64,000 bases of DNA from Squalus acanthias (taxonomy: Eukaryota). The translations under genes were made by a program, and so were the position numbers. Numbering within the stretch: position 1 is the first letter of the stretch; each line of letters opens with the position of its first letter. The stretch is taken from contig CM059432.1 in NCBI GenBank assembly GCA_030390025.1, forward strand, positions 42,286,001 to 42,350,000, in the 5' to 3' direction. Positions 12,079 to 23,757 of the stretch are shown one piece after another. The notes below the pieces were generated by a model. It was given only the letters and a program-made list of their open reading frames with translations, was not told where the DNA came from and made no database searches.

Positions 12079-12878
12079 ACCACAATCTGTAACCTCCTGG
12101 CCCGGCATATCCCTCACTCTACCATTACCATCAAGCCAGGGGACCAACCCTAGTTCAATAAGGAGTGTAGAAGAGCATGCCAGGAGCAGCACCAGGTGTA
12201 CCTAAAAATGAGGTGCCAATCTGAGGAAGCTGCAACACAGGACTACATGCATGCTAAAAAGCGGAAGCAGCATGCTATAGATAGGGTTAAGTGATCCACA
12301 ATCAACGGATTAGATCAAAGCTCTGAGGTCCTGCCACATCCAGTCGTGAATGGTGGTGGACAATTAAACAACTAACGGGAGGAGGAGGCTCCATGAATAT
12401 CCCCATCCTCAATGATGGTGGAGCCCTGCACGTGAGTGCAAAAGACAAGACTGAAGCGTTTGCAACCATCTTCAGCCAGAAGTGCCAAGTGGATGATCCA
12501 TATTGACCTCCTCCTGAGATCTCCACCATCATAGAAGCCAGTCTTCAGCCAATTCGATTCAGTCCATGTGATATCGAGAAATGGCTGAGCGCACTGGATA
12601 CAGCAAAGGCTATGGGCCCCGACAACATCCCGGCTATCATACTGAAGACTTGTGCTCCAGAACTAGCCGCGCTTCTAGCCAAGCTGTTCCAGTACAACTA
12701 CAACACTGGCATCTACCCAACAATGTGGAAAACTGCCCAGGTATGTCTTGTCCACAAAAAGCAGGAAAAATCCAATCCGGCCAATTACCGCCCCATCAGT
12801 CTACTCTCAATCATCAGCAAAGTGATGGAAGGTGTCATCAACAGTGCTATCAAGCAGCACTTACTCACCAATAACCTG

Positions 12879-13549
12879 ATGCGGAGATGCCGGTGTTGGA
12901 CTGGGGTGGACAAAAATGAGAAGTCGCACAACACCAGGTTATAGTCCAACAGTTTTATTTGAAATCACGAGCTTTCGGAGCGCTGCTCCTTCGTCAGGTA
13001 AAGTGAAGGAATACAAATCAGCAAAGCATATATAGACAGAGAACAATGTGTAGCGTACAATGTCATACGACTACAGTAAATCTTTCTGACTTCTGACTGC
13101 CTTCCATCACACCTCGGCAGAGATACAATCAGGCCAGTCAGGAAGGCATTACATCAAAGACACAGCAAAATACAGCTAAGACAATGAGGTGGGGTCACAG
13201 GGGGTCCAACGTGTCAAATGCTGCAGTCTGTATGGTTAAGCTTTTTACTTTTTTTTAAAACTGGAAATCACATCTGTGAACAAGACAACGACGACTCGAG
13301 TCTGGATGACTCTACGCCATGTAGCGTGACATGAAACCAAGATCCCGGTTGAGGCCGTCCTCATGGGTGCGGAACTTGGCTATCAGTTTCTGCTCGATGA
13401 TTTTGCGTTGTCGTGTGTCTCGAAGGCCGCCTTGGAGAACGCTTACCCGCAGATCCGAGGCTGAATGTCCTTGACTGCTGAAGTGTTCCCCGACTGGGAG
13501 GTAACAATCCTGCCTGGCGATTGTTGCGCGGTGTCCGTTCATATGTTGT
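12879..13549 (-). mobile_element. 5'-truncated Penelope-like element (end of GIY-YIG domain plus pseudo-LTR)
   Basis: TSD CCAATAACCTG at 12868-12878 and 13550-13560. Encodes MNGHRATIARQ...EQKLIAKFRTHEDGLNRD. Highly similar to about 41822-42520. Confidence 0.92.
12965..13001 (-). ncRNA. Minimal type I hammerhead ribozyme in a Penelope pseudo-LTR
   Basis: Minus strand reads UUAC-CUGACGA-A-GGAGC-AGC-GCUCC-GAAA-GC-UC-GUGA. Confidence 0.85.
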
Positions 13550-15477
13550 CCAATAACCTGCTCACTGATGCCCAGTTTGGGTTCTGCCAAGACCACTCGG
13601 CTCCCGACCACATTGCAGCCTTGGTCCAAACATGGACAAAGGAGCTGAATTCCAGAGGTGAGGTGAGAGTGACTGCCCTTGACATCAAGGCAGCATTTAA
13701 CCGAGTGTGGCATTAAGGAGCCCTAGTAAAACTGAAGTCAATGGGAATCGGGGAAAACTCTCCACTGGCTGGAGTCATACCTAGCACAAATGAAGATGGT
13801 TGTGGTGGTTGAAGGTCAATCATCACAGCCCAAGGACATCGCTGCAGGAGTTCCTTAGGGTAGTGTCCTAGGCCCAACCATCTTCAGCTGCTTCATCAAT
13901 GACCTTCCCTCCAACATAAAGTCAGAAATGGGGATGTTCGCTGATGACTGCACAGTGTTCAGCGCCATTCACAACTCCTCAGATAATGAAGCAGTCCATG
14001 CCCGCATGCAACAAGACCTGGACGACGTTCAGTGGCTGGAGTGGCAGTGAAGTGGCAGGTAACATTCGTGCCACAGAAGTGCCAGGCAATGACTATCTCC
14101 AACAAGCGATTGTCTAACTACCGCCCCTTGACATTCAATGGCATTACCATTGCCGAATCCCCCACCATCAACATCCTGGGGGTCACCATTGACCAGAAAC
14201 TTAACTGGACCAGCCACATAAATACTGTGGCAACAAGAGCAGGTCAGAGGCTAGATATTCTGCGGCGAGTGTCTCACCTCCTGACTCCCCAAAGCATTTC
14301 CACCATCTACAAGGCACAAGTAAGGAGTGTGATGGAATACTCTCGACTTGCCTGGATGAGTGCAGCTCCAACAACACTCAAGAAGCTCAACATCATCCAG
14401 GACAAAGCAGCCCGCTTGATTGGCACCCCATCCACCACCTTAAACATTCACTCCCTCCACCACCGGCGTACGGTGGCTGCAGTGTGTACTATCTGCAAGA
14501 TGCACTGCAGCAACTCGCCAAGGCTTCTTCGGCAGCACTTCCAAACCCGCAACCTCTTCCACCTAGAAGGACAAGGGCAGCAGGCGTATGGGAACGCCAC
14601 CACCTCCAAGTTCCCCTCCAAGTCACACACCATCCTGACTTAGAAGTATATCGCTGATCTTTCATCGTCGCTGGGTCAAAATCCTGGAACTCCCTACCTA
14701 ACAGCACTGTGGGAGTACCTTCACCACATGGACTGCAGCGGTTCAAGAAGGTGTCTCTCCACCACCTTCTCAAGGGCAATTAGGGATGGGCAATAAATGC
14801 TGGCCTTGCCAGCAACGCCCAGATCCCATAAACAAATTTAAAAAAAACTCAAGAACTAAACAGGGAGTAGATGGATATGGCTTTGGTGCCGAAGCAGAGG
14901 GAGATGAAGGTGGTGCGAGTCTGACCCGTAGGTGGACCTAAGCAAGATTATGCTAGGGTTTTGCATAAATACCTACTGATTATTAGCAAAGGAAACTCCA
15001 AAAATGTATCCATCTCAACTATTCAATCCTGGCTGCTGATCTCTAGTCCCAATGGCACAAATACAATTGTATGCAATGGAGTGTTTGCTTATCTCAGTTT
15101 ATCCCTATCAGTTCAACACTTACGTCGCTCATTTTTGAAGCAGTTACATAGATTACATAAAAATTGCAGCTACGACACAGCATCAGTTGTTTTTGCTGGG
15201 ATTGTAATTTGCATCCCCTGCTCTGCAAATGAAAAAAAATCTTTTAATTTCTAGTTTTGCTTGCAACTTATTCAGTTTGAAGTTGTGTTTTCTAAATCTA
15301 AACCAAATTGTATATACCTCTCAGCATTTAAAAATAACTCAATGATGGTAAAGTCCCAATGAAGGTTAAGCTTGTGTCTAAACCATTCTCCTTTGTGGTT
15401 CAGAAGCCCAAGGCACACAACAGAAGGACTTCCTTCATTCCTTGTGCAAGATGTAGGACCAAACGGTGAGGAAATGC

Positions 15478-17320
15478 AGTGGATGCTGTCCATTTGGATT
15501 TTTTAAAAGGTGTTTGATAAGTTGCTTCTTAATAACATTAAGGTACATCCGAGGCTAATTAAAGAAGTTAAGGATAGTATTAGATAAAAAGAAGAGGCTT
15601 ATAATATTGCAAAGAATAGTTGTAAGCCTGAGGATTGCTTTTGGAGAGCTTCAGAAACCAGCAAAGGTTGACCAAAAAATTGATAAAAAGGGAGAAAATA
15701 GAATGAGAGTAAATTAGCAAGAAATACAAAAACAGATTGTAAAAGCTTCTATAAGTATGTAAAAAGGAAGAGAGTAGCAAAAAGCAAGCATTGGTCCCTT
15801 AGAGGCTGAGACAGGAGAAATTATATTGGGGAACAAGGAAAATGGCAGAGACTTTAAACAAATATTTTGTATCTGTCTGCACAGTAGAAGAAACAAAAAG
15901 TATACCAAAAATAGTGGGGAACCAAGGGGCTCATGAGGGTGAGGAGCTTAAAGTAATTAATATCAGTAGAGAAAAAGTACTTGAGAAACTAATGGGACTA
16001 AAAGCCGACAAATCCCCTGGACCTGATGGCCTACATCCTAGGGTTCTAAAAGAGGTGGCTGCAGAGATAGTGGATGCATTGGTTGTGATCTTCCAAAATT
16101 CTCTCGATTCAGGAACGGTTCCAACGGATTGGAAGGTAGTAAATGTAACCCCGCTATCCAAGAAAGGAGGGAGAGAGAAAACAGGGAACTACAGGTCAGT
16201 TAAGCTGACATCTGTCATCAGGAAAATGCTGGAATCCATTATCAAGGAACTGGTAACAGGGCACTTAGAAACTTATAATATGATTAGGCAGAGTCAACAT
16301 GGTTTTATGAAAGGGAAATCATGTTTGACAAATTTATTAGAGTTTTTTGAGGATGTAACTAGCAGGGTAGATAAAGGGGAACCAGTGGATGTAGTATATT
16401 TGGATTTCCAAAAGGCATTCGATAAGGTGCCACATAAAAGGTTGTTACGCAAGATAAGGGCAGATGGGGTTGCGGGTAAGGTATTAGCATGGATAGAGGA
16501 TTGGTTAACGGACAGAAAACAGAGAGTAGGGATAAACAGGTCATTTTCCAGTTGGCAGGCTGTAACTAGTGGGGTGCTGCAAGGATCAGTGCTTGGGTCT
16601 CAGCTATTTACAATCTATATTAATGATTTAGATGAAGGGACCGGGTGTAATGTATCCAAGTTTGCTGACAATACAAATCTAGGTGGGAAAGCAAGCTGTG
16701 AGGAGGATGCAAAGAGCCTGCAAAGGGATATAGACAGGATTAAGTGAGTGGGCAATAAGGTAGCAGATGGAGTATAATGTGGGAAAATGTGAGATTATTC
16801 ACTTTGGTAGGAAGACTATTTTTTAAATGGTGAGAAACTATTAAATGTTGGTGTTCAGAGAGATTTAGGTGTCCTAGTACAAGAAACACAGAGAATTAGC
16901 ATGCAGGTACAGCAAGCAATTAGGAATGCAAATGGCATTTTGACCTTTCTTGCTAGAGGGTTGGAGTACAAGAGTAAGGAAGTCTTCACTCAGAGGGTTG
17001 TGAATCTGTGGAATTCTCTGCCCCAAAGGGCTGTGGATGCTCAGTCGTTGAGTATATTCAAGGCTGAGATAGATAGATTTTTGGACTCTAGCGGAATCAA
17101 GGGATATGGGGATACAGGAGTTGAGGTCGAAGATCAGCCATGATCTTATTGAATGGCGGAGCTGGCTCGAGTGGCCGTATGGCCGACTCCTGCTCCTAAC
17201 TCTAATGTTCTTATGTACATGATATTAATGGGAAGGTGGCAGTATAGGCAGGAAGATTGCTAAAGGACACAAAATAGTGAATAATGGATTTTTTTTGGAC
17301 TGGAGGGGTGTAAACAATGC
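15478..17320 (+). mobile_element. Old degenerate CR1 RT fragment split by a younger CR1
   Basis: VDAVHLDF*KVFDK at 15480-15525 resumes after 17220 as HDINGKVAV...NGFFLDWRGVNN. Confidence 0.6.
15549..17214 (+). mobile_element. 5'-truncated CR1 LINE with a 301-aa RT ORF segment and an internal deletion
   Basis: TSD GTACAT at 15543-15548 and 17215-17220. Motifs KSPGPDGLHPRVLKE, QHGFMKGKSCLTNL, YLDFQKAFDKVPH and QGSVLG. The deletion junction is near 16985. Confidence 0.95.
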
Positions 17321-18434
17321 TGTTTATAGAGAGTGCAGTTATGATTTTGCTCCACATAGCGCACAGAGGAGATCTTTCCTGATTTTGATTAGCATGCTGC
17401 TGCTAACCCTTCAGTCTCAGGAGGACAGCTCCTTGAAAAGGTCAGTTTTTCCTGGATGATACTGAGGTGGCTACATCAAATCGCTACTGTACTGTATGAT
17501 TCAGGAGATGGAAAGTTTTTCCACTTTGTTCCAGTGGAATGATTCTAGGTCAAGCATGGAAGATGTAAGCATCAATGCTGGCTTCTTTTGCAGTGCCCTG
17601 ATTTTCCTAATACTCACAAGAGCAGTTTCAGGCTTTATCCTGCTGCAGATACTGGCCAGATCTCAGTCTAGCTGACCTATGATCTTTCACAGCCATCAGA
17701 AAACAAAGGATTTTCACTTCTAATTATTTGACTAAATTTGAGCTTTGGTCTAACAAAACTGCAGGCAGAAACCAGCATGAATGTCTTCGCAAAGGCCACG
17801 ACCTAATCATCTGAAATTAAAAGTATATTGTCAATGGAATTAACTGTACAGCCAATTCAAAGGTATCTGAAATGACAATGGCAATTGATGTCACAATCAT
17901 TTTTACAGTGACCATATGTTGAGCAGTTTTAAAGATGCAACGCTAATGGCGTTTTTGAAACTGCACAAAAAGATATTATTTAAAAATGACAATGGGTTCT
18001 GTGGACAATACACTGGCTATGAAGACATCCTTCACTTGGTTTATGGTGATGCAACTTTTATTTTTCCCAACATATATTCATATACGTACAAGTTCATTCT
18101 TTTCTCTTTTTTTATTGGAGATTTTGCAGTTTGGACTGCTCATTGCTCTGTGCATCTCCTGGGCATGAAATCATATGCTTGAAGTTCTACTCACTGGTGA
18201 ACTTCTTAGACCGGAATTTTAATCTGGAGGTGGGTCGGGAGCAGGGGAGGTGGGTGCTAGAAAGCGATCAGGAAACCCGGTAGAACGGGTTTCCTGCAGC
18301 CCCTGCCTAAATGGCGGCAGGTCCTGATTAACATTTCAAAGCTCTGTTTCCCACCTGCAGCCAGCCACATGGCGTGGCTGGCTGGCTGAGGGCAGGCAGG
18401 CCTGCGGCACTAGGCCACAGAGAGGAGGGAGGGT

Positions 18435-18880
18435 GGGATCGGGGTGGTGGTCGGGGGTAGGAGGACCATCGGGGCAGGATAATCGGGGGCCAGAGGAGCA
18501 TTGGGGGGGGGGCATGGTCAGGGGCTGGAGGAGCATGGGGGAGCATGGTCAGGGGCTGGAGGAGCAATGGGGTGGGGTGGTGGTCGGGGGCTGGAGGACC
18601 ATCGGGGCAGGATAATCGGGGGCCGGAGGAGCATGGGGGGCGGGGGCATGGTCAGGGGCTGGAAGAGCATGGGGGGACATGGTCAGGGGCTGGAGGAGCA
18701 TGGGGTGGGGTGGTGGTCAGGGGCTGGAGGATGATGAGGGCAGGATAATCGGGGGCCGGAAGAGCATCCGGGGTGGGGAGTTGGGGGCCGGAGGAGCATC
18801 GGGGCTGGAGGGGGGAGGCCGGGAAGGTGATTGGGGGCTGGACGACAATCGGGGGCCAGAGTAGGATCGGGGTGGGGGTG
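18435..18880 (+). repeat. G-rich minisatellite inside the MITE
   Basis: Recurrent units GGTCAGGGGCTGGAGGAGCATGGGG and GGCAGGATAATCGGGGGCC. Confidence 0.85.
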
Positions 18881-18884
18881 GAGG

Positions 18885-20130
18885 TTCTTTTTCATTTGTT
18901 CCTGGGATGTGAGTGTCGCTGGCAAGGCCAGCATTTATTGCCCATCCCTAATTGTCCTTGAGAAGGTGGTGGTGAGCCGCCTTCTTGAACCGCTCCAGTT
19001 AGTGAGGGAGTTCCAGGATTTTGACACAGTGACGATGAAGGAACAGCGATATATGTCCAAGTCAGGATGGTGCGTGACTTGGAGGGGAACTTGGAGGTGG
19101 TGGTGTTCCCATGCGCCTGATGCTCTTATCCTTCTAGGTGGTAGAGTTTGTGGGTTTGGGAGGTGCTGTCGAAGAAGCCTTGGTGAGTTGCTGCAGTGCA
19201 TCTTGTAGATGGTACACACTGCAGCCACGGTACGCTGGTGGTGGAGGGAGTGAATGTTTAATGTGGTGGATGGGGTGTCAATCAAGTGGGCTGCTTTGTC
19301 CTGGATGGTGTTGAGCCTTTTGAGTGTTGTTGGAGCTGCACTCATCTGGCTAAGTGGAGAGTATTCCATCACACTCCTGACTTGTGCCTTGTAGATGGTG
19401 GAAAGGCTTTGGGGAGTCAGGAGGTGAGACACTCGCCACAGAATACCTAGCCTCTGATCTGCTCTTGTTGCCACAGTGTTTATGTGGCTGGTCCAGTTAA
19501 GTTTCTGGTCAATGGTCACCCCCAGGATGTTGATGTTGGGGGATTTGGCGATGGTAATGTCATTGAATGTCATGGGGCGTTGGTTAGACTCTCTCTTGTT
19601 GGAGATAGTCATTGACTGGCACTTGTGTGGCGTGAATGTTACCTGCCACTTATCAGCCCAAGCCTGAATGTCATCCAGGTCTTGCTGCATGCGGGTATAG
19701 ACTGCTTCATTATCTGAGGAGTTGCGAATGGAACTGAACACTGTGCAATCATCAGCGAACATCCCCACTTCTGACCTTATGATGGAGGGAAGGTCATTGA
19801 TGAAGCAGCTGAAGATGGTTGGGCCTAGGACACTGCTCTAAGGAACTCCTGCAGCGATGTCCTGGGGCTGAGATGATTGGCGTCCAACAAGCACAACCAT
19901 CTTCCTTTGTGCTAGGTATGACTCCAGCCAGTGGAGTCTTTCCCCTGATTCCCATTAACTTCAATTTTACTAGGGCTCCTTGATGCCACACTCGGTCAAA
20001 TGCTGCCTTGATGTCAAGGCCAGTCACTCTCACCTCACCTCTGGAATTCAGCTCTTTTGTCCATATTTGGACCAAGGCTGTAATGAGGTCTGGAGCCGAG
20101 TGGTCCTGGTGCAACCCAAACTGAGCATCG
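18885..20130 (-). mobile_element. 5'-truncated copy of the SINE-headed LINE family (RT and 3' tail)
   Basis: ORF 18935-19768 begins MGMFADDCTVFSSIRNSSDNEAV. It is colinear with about 13565-14835 and has the same tail. Confidence 0.92.
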
Positions 20131-21274
20131 GGTAAAGGGGACCTGAGTGTTCAGGGGCTGGAGGAGCATCGGGGCCAGAGGGGGGAAGGCCAGGAAGGGC
20201 GGGAAGGCGATCGGGGGCCAGAGAGGGAAGGTTGGAGGCCAGAGGAGGAATCAGGGGCCTCGTGGGTGGGATGGGGGAAATCGGAGGCCTCGGCGGGGGG
20301 CTGTCCGATCGTGGGGTTTGGGTGAGGCAAGGGCGCTGGATCCAGTAGGAAGTGCAAAGGCACTTACCTCCTGGATCCAGCGGTCCTCGCCTTACTTTAG
20401 CTGGCAGGTTCCCTGAGGCCTGGGAAACCCGACCAGCCAGAGTTAAATTTGTAATGGTGGATCACCATGAGGCACGCCAACCTCATTTTAATATTTAAAT
20501 GGACGCCTGCCTCCTGGCAGCGGGTTGGCTGCCCGCCCCCGGTCCCACGTCCATTAAAACCGGATGCGGGAGAGTTGAGGCCTGTTGGGGTCGGGATTCA
20601 GTTTTTTAACACTTTAACCTCCCACCTGAACCCAACTCACCCATTTTTGGGGGTTAAAATTCTCACCTTAAATTCTCCAAAATCATACTGTAGACTATTA
20701 CCTGAAAAAGTGGTATCCTCAATTCTGTCTTTTTTTGGTGTTCCCCATGCATCAGACATGGGAAGAAAAGCAGCACCAGTCAGTGACCACAGTCCTAGAT
20801 TTGACTGACACAACCAGGGACCTTGCAATGTCAGTGAATCCCTACAGTCGGTCAACACGCTTATTCCTTCCATAAGGAAATCACTTAAAAGGAATGCTAG
20901 GATAGTGGCACACATCTGAAACAAAGCAGAAGCACCAAGGGCGGCCCTGTGCTAATTCAAGCTGCCAGCATTTACACACTAGGTAATCGAGAAAACAAAT
21001 ACCCTGCATTTGATTTAAATATTATGCTGAATATTTATTTGTCATTGGTTACAATACAGTAGGAGCACAACATAATGTGGCAATATTTGTAGAACTAAGC
21101 TTGAAAATGTAGGACAAGGTGATTGGATGCTGTTATTCTGCTCCTTTAAGAAACAGTGTAGCTGTGGCATCCTGGGAAGGCTCAGGCATCAGCACACAAA
21201 TCTTCTTTGTTACATTGCTGGCACAGTTGCTAATTCCTCATGGGTATTTCACCCTCTTACTCTGTCATGCCTTT

Positions 21275-21721
21275 GAAAGAAAGAAAGGCTTGCATTTATG
21301 TGGTGCCTTTCACGAGCACCGGACGTCCCAAAGTGCTTTACAGCCAATGATGTACTTTTTGAAGTGTAGTCACTGTTGTAATGTAAGAAACGCAGCAGCC
21401 AATTTGCGCACAGCAAGCTCCCACAAACAGCAATGTGATAATGACCAGATAAACTGTTTTAGATGTTGATTGAGGGATAAATATTGGCCAGGACACCAGG
21501 GATAACTCCCCTGCTCTTCTTCAAAATAGTGCCATAGGATCTTTCACGTCCACCTGAGAGAGCAGACGGGGCCTCGGTTTAGCGTCTAATCCAAAAGACA
21601 GCACCTCCAACAGTGCAGCACTCCCTCAGTACTGCACTTAAGTGTTAGCCTAGATTTCTGTGCTCAAGTCTCTGGAGTGGGACTTGAACTCACAACCTTC
21701 TGACTCAGAGGCGAGAGTGCC
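21275..21721 (-). mobile_element. Deu-domain SINE (SacSINE1-like)
   Basis: Minus strand shows a tRNA-like head (GGTTGTGAGTTCAAGTCCC), a central CTCTCAGGTGGACGTGAAAGATCC domain and a GCACTTTGGGACGTCC...AAATGCAAGCCTTTCTTTC tail. Homologous to 39005-39421. Confidence 0.8.
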
Positions 21722-22453
21722 TCATGATACATGAGGCTGCTTTTCAGGAGGTAATTATGGAGCATGCAACACTTGACAATTGTTCTCGGAATCATAGAGA
21801 AGACAGTCATTTGTATTGTATGGCTGCCCCAGTCAGTCCAAATGTGAAGCTCTGCTCCATGATATCAGTGATGGAGCTTAATCCACAAGGGGTGGCTGGG
21901 GTGTAACTGTTAGGATCTGGGATTTATTATCTGAGACCTCTGCCATTGACCCCACCCGAATTCGCAGGCCCTGGGGGAGGTGCCTTGTTTTACATGTGAC
22001 TGGCGGGTACCCAGGCTTCTGGGGCGATCAAGGGTGCCTGCTTGCCCTAACATGCCTGGTGTAATGCTGATGGGGTAGGGGTGCGGGGTGGGTGGGCTGC
22101 CAGGTTCCTCCCAGGATAGAATTTACATGCGCTGGCTATGGCATATCCCAGACCTGGTGTAATTTTGTACTTCAGGCAAAATTACCGCAAGGGTGTGCTG
22201 AAAGAACCATGAATATTTGTTCCCGTTATGTTAGATAATAATTCTGATTGCAGCATGAACTTCACTGCATCTTGCTCTGTTTCTGTCCATGGTTGGTGCA
22301 TGGCTGTCATGAAGATTGCCTGCATATGTTAGCTTGGTTTGTCTAGAGCCATCTTTCCATTCTTCATTCCCCTTCAAGTAAGGGTGGCGCAGATGATTCT
22401 CTCGAAAAGAAAGCTTCACGAGAGCTCAGATGACCCAACCGCTTGTCTGTGTA

Positions 22454-23757
22454 CTTCTTCTTCTTAGGCAGTCCCTTGGAACCGAGGATGACTTGCTTCC
22501 ACATTAAAAAAAATGAGTCTCAGGTGACTGATGAGTCCATTGCGGGACCTACAGTCTCTGTCACAGGTGGGGCAGATGATGGTTGAAGGGGCGGGTGGCT
22601 GGGGTGCTTGGGTTGACGTGCGCTCCTTGCGCTGCCTGCGCTTGGCTTCCGCTTGCTCCCGGCGAAGAGACTCGAGGTGTTCGGCGCCTTCCCGGATGCT
22701 TCTCCTCTACTTTGTGCTGTCTTGGGCCAGGGATTCCCAGGTGTCGGTGGGGATGTTACACTTTTTCAAGGAGGCTTTGAGGGTGTCCTTGAAGCGTTTC
22801 CTCTGCCCACCTGGGGCTCTCTTGCCGTGCCGGAGCTCCGAGTAGAGCACTTGTTTTGGGAGTCTCGTATCGGGCATGTGGACGATGTGACCCGTCCATC
22901 GGAGCTGATCGAGCGTGGTCAAAGCTTCGATGCTGGGGATGTTGGCCTGAGCAAGAACACTGACGTTGGTACGCCTATCCTGCCAATGGATTTGCAGGAT
23001 CTTGTGGAGGCAGGGTGGGTGGTACCTTTCAAGTGCTTTGAGGTGCCTGCTGTACATGGTCCATGTCTCTGAGGCATACAGCAGGACGGGTATCACTGCT
23101 GCTCTGTAGACCATGAGCTTAGTGCCGGGTTTGAGGTCCTAGTCTTCAAACACTCTCTTCCTCAGGCAACCGAAGGCTGCACTGGCACACTGAAGGCGGT
23201 GTTGGACTTCGTCGTCGACGTTTGCCCTTGTTGACAGTAGGCTCCCGAGGTGTGGAAAGTGGTCCACGTTGTCCAAGGCCTTGTCGTGGATTTTGATAAT
23301 CAGGGGGCAGTACTGTGTGGCGGGGACAGGTTGGTAGAGGACCTTTGTCTTACGGATGTTTCGTGTAAGGCCCATGCTCTCGTATGCTTCGATGAAGGTG
23401 TTGACGATGGTTTGGAGTTCGATCTCCGAGTGAGCGCAGACGCAAGCATCGTCTGCATACTGTAGTTTGACGACAGAGGATGGGACGACCTTGGATCTGG
23501 ACTGGAGGCGACGGAGGTTGAACAGTTTCCCGTTTGTTCTGTAAATTAGCTCCACTCCAGTGGGGAGCTTACTGAGGGTGAGATGGAGCATTGCAGCAAG
23601 GAAGATCAAGAAGAGCGTTGGTGCGATGACACAGCCTTGCTTGACCCCGGTTCGTACGTGAATTGGGTCTGTGGTGGAACCGTTGGTCAGGATCACGGCT
23701 TGTACGTCGTCGTGAAGCAGGCGGAGGATGGTGACAAACTTTTGAGGGCAGCCGAAG
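22454..23757 (-). mobile_element. 5'-truncated RTE-clade LINE
   Basis: Motifs GVKQGCVIAPTLF, LQYADD, LLYASETWT, QLRWTGHIVHM and GGQRKRFKD, with a (GAA)n tail at 22454-22465. Confidence 0.92.

Larger units (their letters stand above)
12079..14700 (+). pseudogene. Linker and reverse transcriptase region of the SINE-headed LINE (disrupted)
   Basis: ORF-track segments 12612-12878, 13550-13716 and 14032-14643 encode consecutive RT subdomains, with several stops and frameshifts. Confidence 0.85.
10023..14846 (+). mobile_element. CR1-group non-LTR retrotransposon with a single APE-RT ORF and a tRNA-derived SINE-like 5' region; interrupted by CR1 and Penelope insertions
   Basis: SINE-like head 10023-10350. 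APE motifs TNIWG, ILTES, GDFN, LDLVLTN and SDH. RT motifs GPDNIP, YRPISLLS, QFGF, LDIKAAF, SVLGP and FADD. The 3' tail GGGCAATAAATGCTGGCCTTGCCAGC ends in an A-rich run. Confidence 0.9.
18209..20667. mobile_element. Harbinger-type MITE of the same family as 7903-8822, with a LINE insertion
   Basis: TSD TTA at 18206-18208 and 20668-20670. TIRs are GACCGGAATTTT and AAAATTCTCACC. Confidence 0.8.

Noticed and set aside
11323..12192. 289-aa ORF with a hydrophobic N-terminus as a chimeric gene
   Set aside because: Chance read-through from antisense host-LINE sequence into a truncated CR1 RT.
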